From the human T2T-CHM13v2.0 reference genome, Homo sapiens, in the NCBI RefSeq assembly GCF_009914755.1, contig NC_060931.1: a DNA stretch of 64,000 bases. One strand, given 5' to 3'. Position 1 is the stretch's first letter. The number at the start of each line of letters is the position of its first letter. The position numbers and the translations under genes are program-made. Positions 1 to 27,292 of the stretch are shown here, in pieces. The notes beneath the pieces were generated by a model. It ran no database searches. It worked only from the letters and a program-made list of their open reading frames with translations, and was not told the DNA's origin.

Positions 1-559
1 AGAATCACGTGTATACAGAGCCAGCTCCAGGAAAAACTGAGAATAATATGAAGTTCTTAAGATCCCTGATTTTTTCTTTCACCCTACTCTCAAGAACACT
101 TTAATTTTTATTTTTTTATTTTTGTTATACTTTTAATTTCCTCATTTATTCCCTTCAGAGCTCCTAGATAATATCTGACCTTATAATGTGTTATTAAATC
201 ATCTAAATTTAAATTTGTGTAATTTTTAGGCTTCCAATAGGTATTTTTATGTATTAAGCATCAAAATATGTAGTAGATATTGGTGGATGGATGGAACAAA
301 GAGAATCCAGTTAGTTGCAACAGGTAATGCAACTATGGGAGGGAGAGGTGGTGAGCAAGAAAGAAGAGAGCTGCGAGGCAGTTTCACTTTTCTGTGATCC
401 ACCACATAATACTCTGTGTTCCGAAAGAGCCTAGAAAATAACTCAACATAGGTGAGTGTAAAGACCATAGCCCTTGACAGCCCTGGGTTTGAAACCTCCA
501 TTCCTGTGCTCATCAGTTGTGCACACTTGGACAAATTACTTAACCTTCCTGAGCTCTAA

Positions 560-2639
<2,080 letters not shown>

Positions 2640-3877
2640 TTACTTTTATAGGCCTATGCCATTCCAGCTTCCAACATTACAGTAAGTTTTTTTTCCAGTA
2701 AACCCCCATTTCTTGAGGGAGTCTGAGATCTCTGGTTCAGGCAATCAAATAAGATTAATTGACAGCAGTGTGAGAAATAGAAATTAAATGAGGTAGTCTC
2801 TGCCATCCCAGAGCTTAAATTATTGTTGGGGAGATCATATATATTAATTCATAGAATATTTACTAGTTTCATACTGCCAAATAGTATATTGTTAGGGATA
2901 TAAAAAATCTTTGTTCTATTTACAAAGATAAATAGAACATTGACCCTGTCCTCCAGGGCCTCAGAGACTGTGATGGGAAATATACGATATGAAGGGGATG
3001 CCTAGCATGCAATGGGGGTCGGGGGAGTGGGTAAGAGATTGAAGATGATTCCAGTATCAGTGGTTACTGCTTCCTACTATTAGAAAAAAAAATACTACCC
3101 AATGTGTCCATCTATGTGGAGGAAGCTCAGTTAATAGAACTCATGGCATCTCCTCACTCCTTTACCTCTTCCTCTGTAAATTTAGGGAGAATTGAAATAG
3201 GCCTATATGGTTTGAATCTCTCTTTCCTTTTGGGAGCTAACATTTCAAGGAAGCAGACATTCTAACTCCTCTGTCCAGCACTGCCTGCAAGTGGGTGCTG
3301 AAATCTGTCTAACTCTGGGGTCCAGCTAGTAGGCTTGCTTGGTCTTGCCCTAAGCTTCCCAGCTTCATCTTTATCAGTAGATGAGGTGGTATTTAGTTTC
3401 CCATCTAACTTGTTCTTTGTTTTATTTTTCATTTTATTCAGGACTTGTGTGGGGAAAAGAGAGATCATTATTTGAACCCTCCTAGAGGCATCAACACCCA
3501 CATTGGAGGTTTTTAAGACCATATGAACTCTTCCAACCACTACTGTCTAAGTCATTGATGAACACGGACCAAAGCCAGAACACAGATTAATCAGCAATAT
3601 ATGCCTTAAGGTCCGGGATAAAAAAGGATCTGTGTCAATTGTATTTTGCACTGAAATTTAAAAACGGATTTTCCAGTTGGTAGCAGGGCAGTAAGACATG
3701 TGGATTGTGGCTGAATCCCAGTAATAGTAGTGCTCTAGAGTTAAGATCCCCAAACCCTGCCATCCTCTAGCTCCTGACTCTGTGAGGCCCAGGCTTGTCC
3801 TTGAATTTCCACACGTTCCATGGGTTGCGTGTGTTGGGAGACAGTTCTCCATGAGTCTCTCATGCATCCACTCATCT

Positions 3878-4341
3878 TGTGAACAGAGGTACTGTTCTGG
3901 AGAATAGAGACTTAGTTCTGGATGATTTTTTTCAAGGATGTTTGTATAATGAACAGCCTTGGAAGATAAAGATAGTGTGTTCCTCTAGAGCAAAAGGCAC
4001 GTTTTGTTTACCGACTAGGAAAATAAAGATAATTTCTCCCAAGGGGGCAAAGTCATTCAGGTTTAGGCTCATTATAAAAGATTCAGGTTCCCTGTGCTCT
4101 GGGATCTTTGTGTAATGTAACCCACTGCAGGCGTAGGTAATATCTGGCCATCTTTGTGTCACCCTGTGGGACTTGGAGTTAAGGAACTGACACAGAAATG
4201 ATGATACTCTGGCTTTTGCTATTCTAGCAATTAATAAATTATCCCTTGTCTCTGACCAAGAGTCTTGTGTCTTTTGCCAGCATCCACAAAATGGTGGCAG
4301 GCTAACTTGTTAGCTTCCAAGTAGAGTAAAACCTCAGAATC

Positions 4342-4387
<46 letters not shown>

Positions 4388-4560
4388 TTTTGAGACAGGG
4401 TGTCACTCTGTCACCCAGGCAGGCTGGAGTGCAATGGTGCAATCATAGCTCACTGCATTCTTGAACTCCTGGCTCAAGCGATCCTCCTGCCTCAGCCTCG
4501 CAAAGTGCTGACATTACAGGTATGAGCCACTATGCCTGGCCTTCAGACTTTTCATTATTG
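3878..4560 (+). mobile_element. ERVL-type LTR (MER68/MER77-like) with an inserted FLAM bearing an (ATT)n tail (4342-4540)
   Basis: AATAAA...GTCTCTGACC...CAGCATCCA...GGCAGGCTAACTTGTTAGCTT motif; subfamily uncertain. Confidence 0.55.
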
Positions 4561-5009
4561 ATAGTATATCTTATTCTTTAAAAACCCAAACCTCCAAAAC
4601 TTTCCTTTATCTGAGATATCTTGATGAAATCTCTTTTCTTTGCTAGGAGCCCTGACTAGAACATATTTAAAACAAATCGTGCTGGAGAAAAAGGCAGTTC
4701 CAGCTATAGGAGTGACACAAACGTTAACTGGGTTTGGGAACTAACAGCACATGTAGACCTACCTGGAAGAGTCCAAGGAGTCACTCCAGTGAGGGACTAG
4801 CTGGGTATTTGCATAGGCCACGATTCCACTTCTTTGTCTACATCTTTTGCTCCTCATCTATGCATAGCCCAGAGGAGGTCAGTAGTGCCCCTTGCCCCAT
4901 CAGCAAGTCAGCAACGATTGTACCAATAATCTCTTTTTCTTTTGAGAGATAATGTACTTAAAGCTTCCAATCTTCTTTGTGTGTTCTCAGTCACTAACTA
5001 GTACTTAGG

Positions 5010-6415
<1,406 letters not shown>

Positions 6416-7390
6416 GGCATAATATTTTTAAATTTTATTATCAGCCTCTAAACATGTCCTATGTTGTCACTGCATTTTAACTGTTCAGTCAAGGTGATGG
6501 ACCATTCTGAGACATCCACATTCTCTCTGGGGACCCATGGGTAGTTACAATGACTGACCAGGGTTTGAAATTATGTAACATCAGATACTGAGAATTAAGG
6601 GCTAGGAGGCAGAACTGTATTAGGAAGGGCAAGAGTTTTGACGTTGGAGAGTCTTGACTTTGAATCTTAGTTCTATAACTTACTAATGAGCAATCTAACA
6701 TCGCTTAGCTTCTGTTTCCTGATTAAATAAAGTGCATTCAACAGTTACTGCCCCCGCCCCCAATATGCACAGGATTAAGTGCTAAATGAGACCAGGCATA
6801 GAAAACCCCTGGTATCCATGCAATTGAAGCACAAAATACCATAGTTATAAAATGGCCACCATTATTGTTTTTAATAGGGATCTTTGACTCTGCTTAGCAA
6901 AATAGTCACAAATTGACTAATTTACAATCCATAGAAGAGAATTCAACCTACGAGAGGGCTATCAAACCTTTTATCTTGGGAATAAATGGAAAAACAGAAT
7001 GCGATATATCTGTGAGTGTCCAAATGTGTTTTCTTCCATAATTTATTTGGAGCAGGCACAGCATTTACTACAGAATTTTAACAAGGAGACAGGAGTGGGA
7101 ACCACTACAAAATAAAATCACAGGATTTAGAAAGCAGGCAATCCTGCTTTTGAGAAAAGTAAAGAAAGTCCAAGTATTGTTTACTCTGGCCTGGGATGTA
7201 GAGGGAGGCTAGTTTGGGGATCTGGAAATAAATGGGACTGAGATGCTGGGAGATTGTGAGGAAAGACAATGTTATTCTGCTGGCATTAAGGCAGGGCTGA
7301 GATGTTAGGCAAGTTCTTTATAAGGGCAGGTCATCTGTAAGTGAACCTGCAGGTCCAAGATAAAGAGGGAGGGCTGTGGGGAGTTGATGA

Positions 7391-9800
<2,410 letters not shown>

Positions 9801-9917
9801 AAAGGGATTTCAAGTTATGATTAATAACAAAATAGATTTAATCAGGGAATTGGAATTTATAATGATCATGACTGGAATGGCTTAATATGGGAGGTAGGGA
9901 GACTAGTTATAAGACTA

Positions 9918-10140
9918 TAGCAGTTTCTCATCCTTGGTGCTATTGATGTTTTGGGCCAGATAATTCTTTGTTGTGGGGGCTGTCATGTGCACTGTGGATG
10001 TTCAGGAGCATCTTTGGCCTCTAACCACTAGATGCCAGTGAGTAGCAGCCCCCCACACAGTGGTGACAATCAAAATGTCTCCAGACATTGCCAAATGTTC
10101 CCTAGGTGACAAATTTGCCCCCAGTTGAGAACCACTGGGC
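9918..10140. mobile_element. MER20 DNA transposon
   Basis: Characteristic ATAATTCTTTGTTGTGGGGGCTGT...CCCCAGTTGAGAACCACTG. Confidence 0.85.
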
Positions 10141-10524
10141 TACAGTAATAGCACAGATGGAAGATATGCAAGCTTGAATCAGGAACTGATTTGAAGGATA
10201 ATGCATAGAACCAAAAATACCCAGTGATGAGTGAGGAGGAGAGAATAAGACAATTTAGTATATATGAGTAATTTCTGGTTTGGATGGTGTAAAGGTAGGC
10301 AATATAAGAGGATCAGGTTTTGGGAGAAAATTAATGAATTTATTTTGGATATGTTAGGTTTGAGGTGCTTGTGTTAATTTCCCACCACTATTGTAACAAC
10401 TTACTGTACACTTTATCCTCTTACAGTTTTGGAGGTTAGAAGGCCAAAATGAGCCTCAGTGGGCTAAAAATCAGGGTGAAAACAAAGCTGGTTCCATCTG
10501 GGGATTTGATAAGGGAATCCATTC

Positions 10525-16521
<5,997 letters not shown>

Positions 16522-19464
16522 CTAACAAGGTAACTACTGAACATTGCTAAACACAAGTTAGCAAGGCATTGTGACAGGACGAGAGGCAGAACCACTAGTT
16601 CTTCATAGGTAAGGGCCCTCCAGGTGGCAACCTGCTATGACCTGGATGGAACATCCTAATAAATCCTCCTGGGAGATGGAACAGTGGAGGGTTGCAGCCA
16701 ACCACCTAAACATTTCCCACTCTAAGCTGCCTCTAATGCACATATTCCCAACTCAATTTGTTTCTCTTCATGTTGATTTTAAGATTCAGGAGAAATTGAC
16801 TAGCGCTGGCATTATACCAGTAAATGGGATATTAAAAACTATGCCTTTCGTAGATTACTAGAGAAACTAGGCACACTTAGAAGATGAGAATGTATACATA
16901 TCAGTGTATACATACATTTGACTACAAGCCTTGGACCCCCCCCTTAGAAAAGCTTTCAAGGTAAATGAAGTTGGTGGAGGTTGAACTTAATTGATTCTTG
17001 GTCCAGGTCACTAAAAGTGTATGAGACATCACTTGATGAGTCAATGGTTAGAATTAAGGGCCAGAGTCAGGAATACAAATCCCTAATTCCAGGCACTTCT
17101 CTCCCACTAAACCATCCTGTTCACTTCACTTGGAAGAATCATCTCAGTGAGCACCCTCTCTCCCAGGCAATATGTCCAATTGTTAAACAATTTGATAAAT
17201 TGTTGCCCATCTAGTTCAAGAATAGCTAATCTTTGAATGTTTACTGACTGCCAGGCAACATGCCAAGTACATTCTCTTGTTTAATCCTTAAAACCACCCT
17301 AAGGGCTAAAATAATTAGTGCCAGTTTACAGATGAGGAAACTAAAATACAGAGAGGTTAATGTGCCTAAGGTTCCATTATGCAGTGTCAGTGGAGGTCTC
17401 AGATCCTTGGGCTGTCTTCCTCTACCATTCACCAGTAAACAAGTATAGAAGTTTTCATCTTACTGACAACACAACATGCCCCAACTCAGTGCAGGTGACT
17501 TAGAAAATCTACAGATTTCTCCTGCTATCCCCAAATTGCAAAGATGTATCATCTCTTGGTCTGGACGCACTACACATGCCCAATTCAGGTAGAGACAACT
17601 ATAATTTTGTTAAACTGAATTAGAAAATATTAATTTCCAGAATTTATATTGTTTAAATGTGGCTTCCCATGCAAAGTTCCTGGGCTAAAAAGAAAGTAGA
17701 CATGTAGTCCTTCCAACTTTTATGGGAGAGGGAGGCAGAGGACAAGGGGGTTGAGAATGGGTGTTAGAATGACCATGTTGGGGTGTAATATGTAGAGCGA
17801 CTGTTCTGATGTGATTGACCATTCTGAAACATATCTGAATTAAGAACAACATTCAAAGTGAAGGATGGGGTACAGCAGAAACCTTCCTCGTAGTCAGGAA
17901 GTAAATAATTCATATCTGAAATGGGAGGCAAGGCCATCTGCTATAAGAAAGGCAGTGGGGATAAGAATCATGAGGAGCATGATGAACATCTAAAATAACA
18001 ATGAAGACTGGGATAAGAATGGATACATAAAAGGACAGCTGCGCAAGGTTTCTGCTGGTTCAGCTGAATCAGAGACGGTTAAGTTTACAGTGGTGCTGAC
18101 GGACAGCAGTGTGATTTTCTCCTACGGTGTTCAGATCAGGTATGGAAGCAAAGATTGCTGGGCTGTTCTCAGGCTGTTTGCAGGACAGATGCCACAAAAG
18201 GAAATACAAGTGACAAAGGTAGAGGATGTAGGCAATGCAGTGATGGAAGAGATACACTGAGAGGCTGGCCGAGGAAGGGAGGCTGAAGAGTATGATCGGG
18301 ACCTAGGGGTTTTGGTGAGTTCAAGGAGATACAACAGAAATAAGAATGAGAGACAAGGAACAATATGAGCTTGTGATCAAAGACTGGTGTATTGGGATTT
18401 CTAATTTCAGAGGTGGAGTAGTTCTGGAGTACTGATAAGTCTAAATTATAATGATGGGAAAGCCCTCAGAAGAGTTAAAATCAAGTAAAAAATTGAGGCT
18501 ACAGTGGCATTAAGGATAGGTTCTTTGAATGTATACAGCTATTACCAGGATAACTTTTAAAAATAAAAAAGGGTTGCAGTAGAGATCATAAGCCAGGTGA
18601 AGTGCCCAGTGAGTAATGGTCTAGAAGTACACAGATGACAGCAAAAGGTCCAAAGGTCCATGCAGATGTCAGAAACCTCACACAAGTAGCTCTGCCTGTG
18701 AGAGAAGAGTGATGATTTGGAAGATGCCAAGACTACATGGCCTCTTTTGTGGACTGTGTGGAAGCAGTCTCTATTTGTGAGGGCTGAGAAGTTCATGGGC
18801 CTGGAGAAAGCCCTGTTTCTATTAACAAAGTGTGTACATTCTGTAAAGAGGCTAAAAGAGATGACCCAGTTTATGTGGCGTTTTAGAAGGCACGGAGGAA
18901 GGGTTGGTGTCAGTACATGTGGTACTGCTAACGAGGAAGTGTATCTGTGTGACCTTTAGCAGTAACAACCTCTGAGCCTGTCCCCAGTGCCTTTTGAGGT
19001 GCTGAGGATGAATTGAGATATGAACGCACTTTATAACTACAAAGCAATTTAAGTTCAGGGACTAGAATTTGGGCAAAACGTCATGCTGAAGTATGTGGGT
19101 TATCAAGAGATTATTACAGCTACACATACATAACGATGTTTATGTCTGTTTCATTCTATGTGAATGTGAAACTAACAAACTGAGGGAAGTGAGAAAATAA
19201 GAGCAGTCAAGTGTGTCAGATGTCACACAGATTGAGTCAATTGAGAATAGAAAATATCGACAAATAGGTTCTTGCTAACCTTGGAAGTAGTGACTTTTCA
19301 CTATGTGACTTTCAAGGAATTTGACATAGATATGAACAAATTTTTCTGTGCTTGCCAGTTACAGGCATTCACACATCATTCAGTGAATCTTTTGAGGTGC
19401 TTATTCCCATTCTCCACAAATACAACGTTGTGTTAATCAGATTGATAAAGCAAAGCTCTAAACA

Positions 19465-19950
19465 CAGAACTGAGAAACTCTGTAAAATGCCACACTAAAT
19501 ATTTTAGGCTTTGTCACAACCACTAACCTCTAATGTTGTAGCCCAAAGCAGCCCTAAACAATACACTAACGAATGTGACTGTGATCCAATAAAGTTTTTT
19601 TTCTTGAGACGGAGTCTTGCTCTGTTGCCCAAGCTGGAGTGCAGTGGTGTGATCTTGGCTCACTGCAACCTCTGCCTCTCAGGTTGAAGCGATTCTCCTG
19701 CCTCAGCCTCCGAGTAGCTGGATTTCAGGTGCCCACCGCCCCCCACCCCTAGGTAATTTTTGTATTTTAGTAGAGACGGGCTTTCACCATGTTGGTCAGG
19801 CTGGTCTCAAACTCCTGACCTTGTGATCCATCTGCCCTGTCCTCCCAAAGTGCTGGGATTACAGGCATAAGCCACTGCACCAAGCCCAATAAAGTTCTCT
19901 TTACAAAAACAGGCATCTGGTCAGATTGGGTCCACGGGCTGTTTATTGAT
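19465..19950. mobile_element. MER58A DNA transposon interrupted by an Alu (19595-19886, -)
   Basis: AAATATTTTAGGCTTTG...CCAATAAAGTT[Alu]CCAATAAAGTT...TTTACAAAAACAGGC. Confidence 0.7.
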
Positions 19951-20549
19951 ACACACTAAACACAATTTTCTCCTAATCCTAGACCCAGCATTTTCTGCAT
20001 TACACTAGCCCAGTGGTCCTTTCTGAAACTACACTGTTCAAGTTACAGACATATTTAAATGTTTAAATTTAAAATGTTAAATTTAACATTTTAACATGTT
20101 TAAATGTTCATAGACACATACAACCTGCACTTTTACTCTTTGAGAAATGAATGCAGTAAATTTACTTAGCTTTCTGAGGGAAATGATAGCCTGAAGGCAT
20201 GACGTTTTCAAATACCCCAAACTCCAACTAAGATAACCTGGAACCTATTAAATGGATATCCAACATTTTGTACTGAACTCTAAGGATATGAACACCAGGA
20301 CAATGGTTATTCTGAGGCACAGAAAATACAGCCAAAGCAGCAGCTCAGTATGTACCCCGACAGTGCCTAGAAGAGACTTATGTGGGAGACAAAGTTTCTG
20401 GTCAGGTGTATTTGTATACTTCATCAGGCATATGCCTTGCATTACATAGCTCTCGCCCCCAACTTGGCAACATCTTATTGGTTTTCAGAATATACTGATG
20501 ACGGATTGCCAAAAGAGCTCATGAATGAATATTTTCCATTCTAAGGAAA

Positions 20550-23219
<2,670 letters not shown>

Positions 23220-23990
23220 CTAGCCAAGATGGAAGGTTGAACACATTTCTGTATCTATCTTAATATGTTTCCTGTATCATTTCCAGGATGCCAAAAAAAA
23301 AAAAAATCAACTCTCTAGCCTTCACTTCAGGTCTTTCTCATTAGTCCAGAATTGTCCCCTTGTAAGCTACTTGCTACACTGTCCCTGAATACCACTAACT
23401 TTATACAGTCACCAAGTCCTCTGCTACAAGGCCTTTCAAAGTCTGAAATCTTTAAAGGATTTCCAGGATGCATTTTTAAATTCCCCACCAGAACTCAGAC
23501 TAGGACTTCAAATATGAATTACAGCAAGCTTTCCACATTTCTATAAATAAAAATAAGACTCATATGTTATAAATTGCTTTCAGGCCTTAAAACACCTATC
23601 TAATCGTCCCTATCACCTTTGAGACCATGGATTCACATCTTCTCAGTCTTCTCACTGTCCCACAAAGATACAGTTCTCAGCTGCACCAGCATAGATTTAT
23701 TTTCTCATTATTCTTTATGACTTACCTTGTGCTCACCATCTCCATAAAATCTCCAAGGACTACTCTAAATGTGTATGGCACAGACTATGCATGAAATAAT
23801 TCAGTATGTAATTATACACTGTTACACATCACAAAACTATGACCACAGGCATTCCTCTGTCCATGTCTGGCATAAATGCTGCAGTTCTCAATCTGAGCAA
23901 AGAAACTAAGAGTCAATTAGTGAAGTGTTATTCTAGTTGAGGCAGTCCTAGAAAACCAAGTAAACAATCTAGCACCATGACTGGTTAACA

Positions 23991-24042
23991 CTGCTGCACT
24001 GACATTTAGGGCTGCTGCACTGACATTTAGGGCTCCTGCACT
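23991..24042. repeat. 21-bp tandem duplication (CTGCTGCACTGACATTTAGGG x2.5)
   Basis: Read directly. Confidence 0.95.
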
Positions 24043-24970
24043 TTTTAATCATTAAAATTTGTGCATCAGTCATGAAATCAAGCACAGTCAAAAAGTCATG
24101 ATCTGTGGTTTTCTTTTTAATTATCTTTAGTCTTGTGATCACACATAATTTTAAAATTTGTGTATATCTCCGTTACTTTAATCCTTTTAAGTTGGCAAAA
24201 GCACCATTCCCAATCAAATACACAGTTCTACAGTTTTGTTTCTGAATGGCTGTTTAAAGACAATCCTAAATTATAACTTAGTTTGACTTAGATTGTAAAG
24301 AATTCAAGAGTGAAGTTTAACTTGCTACTATTTTAAAAGCATGTGACCTTATAGATCTGTAAGATGTGAGAGGTGTTGAATAATCTTTAATATTACACAT
24401 AAACCACACTAAAATGCCTTTCAATAAGTAAAAGAAACCATTTTAAATACAGGGAATTATAATTAGATTGGCATAGTTAAGGCCAAAACTATAGACATTG
24501 CTACCTTATTTATCTTCAACCCTTGCCTTTAAGAGGCAAATGAACATGAACACAAAACACAGGTGAATCTTGCTTGGTTCTAAGACAGTGAAGCAATTTC
24601 CCCAGTATTTAAATATATTCACATAACCAGTTATATAAATCTAAATATAAAACCAATCTCCAGTAAGTTTTAAGATGGCACTCACCATCTTTGTGAAAAG
24701 TTGAACATTACTAACGAAGTCTAATCATATCTTTAAAAGGGGTAAACAGTGATACCATTTACTGAATTGGAGTTACTATTAAAATTCAAAAACTGAACAT
24801 ATTCATTTAACCACAAGCCAGTCTTAGTTTTAAATCAGGACTGCCCAACAAAATATTCTGTCAGTCATTCATGATCTGAATTCTGGTGTATGAGATCTAT
24901 TAAAGGATGGTACACATAAAAAAGTCATGAGACATTTCTGTTTTGTAATAAATAAGGCAGTGGCCAATTA

Positions 24971-25119
24971 TTACTCATTAGTAGCTTTTTTGAGATAAGC
25001 TATTAAGTCTGCCCTTTCTTCCTTCTTCTTAATGCCGACAAAGATCATTTTTGTTCCAGGGATGTACTTCTTGGGATTCTCCAAATACTCCATCAGTGTA
25101 TCCTCTCCCCAGATGATGC
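24971..25119 (-). CDS. CYCS: Cytochrome c, somatic: coding part of exon 3 ([48 protein letters not shown])
   Basis: 101-bp GT-AG intron 25120-25220; 169+149=318 nt = 105 aa + TAA at 24971-24973. Confidence 0.99.
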
Positions 25120-25220
25120 CTAAACAAGAAAGAATGCATCGGTTATTTCACACTCCTGATAGTTTGCCACATGTTATATTCCTGCATTTTGTGTTGTTTT
25201 ATTTAACAAGTGACTCTTAC

Positions 25221-25389
25221 CTTTGTTCTTATTGGCGGCTGTGTAAGAGTATCCAGGGGCCTGACCTGTCTTCCGCCCAAAGAGACCATGGAGATTTGGC
25301 CCAGTCTTGTGCTTGCCTCCCTTTTCAACGGTGTGGCACTGGGAACACTTCATAATAAAAATCTTCTTGCCTTTCTCAACATCACCCAT
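25221..25389 (-). CDS. CYCS: Cytochrome c, somatic: coding part of exon 2 (exon 25221-25397), [57 protein letters not shown]
   Basis: ATG at 25389; CxxCH heme motif (CSQCH); acceptor AG at 25399-25398; donor GTAAGA at 25220; 169 coding nt. Confidence 0.99.
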
Positions 25390-26199
25390 ATTTAATTCTA
25401 AAAACGAAAGCTTCAACTTAGTAAATTTTTCCTCAGGTAACAAATACAGTGTAAATGAATGACCACTCTAGCCACTTAATTACCAATCCATTGCTAATTT
25501 ATGTCATTAAATACCAGAATGAATCTTGTTTTGCTTTAATACTCTTTATACCAAATATTCTTTAATACCAAAAACATTTTTAGGAGTACCTCCTCAAAAA
25601 CGTATTTTTGTGTGTATACGTGAAGGAACGTTAAAGCCCAAGCAAAGAGGGAACCTAATTCAAACTCCAGTTTCAGAAGAGACAATCATGGTCACGAAGT
25701 CACAGATCTGAAGCTCAAGGGCGAACACATTAAGCCAAAATCACCACAACCGCAACTTTTAAAAAGACCTAACCATTTAATCTTACTACAATGTAAAGCC
25801 ACCTCTCCCTGAGGATAACGCAAAGCACACAAATGTTTAAAAAGCGGTCCTGGCTGTTTCTATCTGCCCAGGTCACAGGAGTAGCTTGACACTCGAACTT
25901 GTGAATGGGAGCTCAGGGGCAGGCTGCACGGTCCCCCGGGGACATCCCAACTCCCCTACCTGTGATCTCCTGGGGCGACCACGAGGTCACCCGTCCAGGT
26001 CGGTTTCAAGGTGATTGATGAAACTCCTTCTAGGATGTCAGAACGACTGACGGAAGAAACATGTGCCCACGAAAAGAACTGGCCCCTTATTAGAAGAGCA
26101 ACAGCTTTTGCCCTCTGAAGAAGAACGTGAAGCTCTAAGCTTCGGCTTTCCAGGAGGGAAGTCTTGCCTATCATTTCCATAGCCCTTCAGCAACCACTA

Positions 26200-27070
26200 C
26201 GGAAGAGGCCGCCTCCTCCTCGGATCTGTATCCAAGCCGCCTCCAGTCCCTGACCGAGACCATACCTGTCCCTAGTTAGGGCTCCGCCGCACCTCAAGCC
26301 GTTACTCGCCCAGCTCGGTCTGACCACAGTCCAGGGTCTTCACTCCCCGCCCTCCCACCCAGCGCGGGCTCCACTCGAATGCTCCCCGCTTGGGTTTCGG
26401 TCGCTCGCAAGTGCGCGCCTCCCACAGCTCTGCCTCTAACCAGGTGCGGCCTCCGCGACCCGCTCTCACCTCTTTTTAGTCGCTGGCACAACGAACACTC
26501 CCGCTCCGAAGCCGGACGTCCCCACTCTCTAAGTCCAAGGACACGCCGGTCCGCGCTTAAGTACCGGTGTAAGTGCAACCAAACTCGCTCCGCGCTCCCG
26601 CGCCCTGACGTGCGGCCGAGCTGGCGGCTACGCAGTAACGTCGCCGCACCTCATTGGCTCCAGTCCCAATGCCTGCGCCAAGGACCTGCGCGCGCATGCT
26701 GGCGAGCATGTTAGGGTGTACGGCGTGCGTGCCCTTCTTCTCGAGGCTTTTCCCGGCCGTTACGACAGGCCTTTGGTCGTACGACAACGAGGTGGTGTCG
26801 GGAGAGGTGACGTCACTCGCGGGCCTCTGTGCGCTTGCGTGTGCTGGAGGAGCGGGGAGGGTGGGGCGGAGTCGCTTGGTTGGTGCGTTGCCCTGCTAAA
26901 GTATCAGTTCTTGGGCGTGGTGATGTAATGAGCTTTGAGCAGGGCGTTTTGCCGGTCCAGGAAAAGACGCCCTAATTTTGGCGCACCTAGAGGTCTCCTA
27001 GCTACCATCTTGTCAGCAGGCGACCTTTACCCAGACTCTGTCCTACTACCACGGCTGGCGCCAACAGCAT
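26200..27070. promoter_or_regulatory. CYCS: CYCS CpG-island promoter: NRF1 site (TGCGCGCGCATGC 26687-26699), CRE TGACGTCA 26808-26815, CRE-like TGACGTG 26606-26612, CCAAT boxes 26653-26657 and 26666-26670, GC box 26863-26871
   Basis: High CpG density; motifs read directly; NRF1/CREB control of cytochrome c is established. Confidence 0.9.
26470..26530 (-). other. CYCS: CYCS non-coding exon 1 (TSS approximate)
   Basis: Donor GAG|GTGAGA at 26469; lies in the CpG island; matches the recalled CYCS mRNA 5' end (AGAGAGTGGGGACGTCCGG...). Confidence 0.9.
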
Positions 27071-27121
27071 CCTAGAGGGACAGCCTGGAACCAGGAGTTA
27101 CACGAGTTGGGCACCAGCTCG

Positions 27122-27130
27122 TGACCTTGT
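27122..27130 (-). promoter_or_regulatory. ERRalpha-type element (ACAAGGTCA) ~0.6 kb upstream of the CYCS TSS
   Basis: Near-consensus TNAAGGTCA extended half-site; ERRalpha/PGC-1 regulation of CYCS is known. Confidence 0.55.
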
Positions 27131-27292
27131 TCTAGTTCCACCTATACTCTGTTACTTTCAGTCACATTCCAGCTCTCCGCTTGATGGACGCCCCAAGACT
27201 GAGGAAGGTGCTGCATTTGCGGCAGAGACAGGATTATCCCTCTGGAACTGAAAAATAAAATTAAGAGGATGCAATGATAACATTTATGTACC

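Noticed and set aside
25174-25443. 89-aa ORF as a variant or pseudogene cytochrome c
   Set aside because: It is exon 2 read through both splice sites; the gene has introns and an intact 105-aa CDS, so it is the functional CYCS
26294-26928. Overlapping ORFs in the CYCS CpG island
   Set aside because: Expected in GC-rich, stop-poor DNA; no recognisable protein; they cross the non-coding exon 1 and promoter
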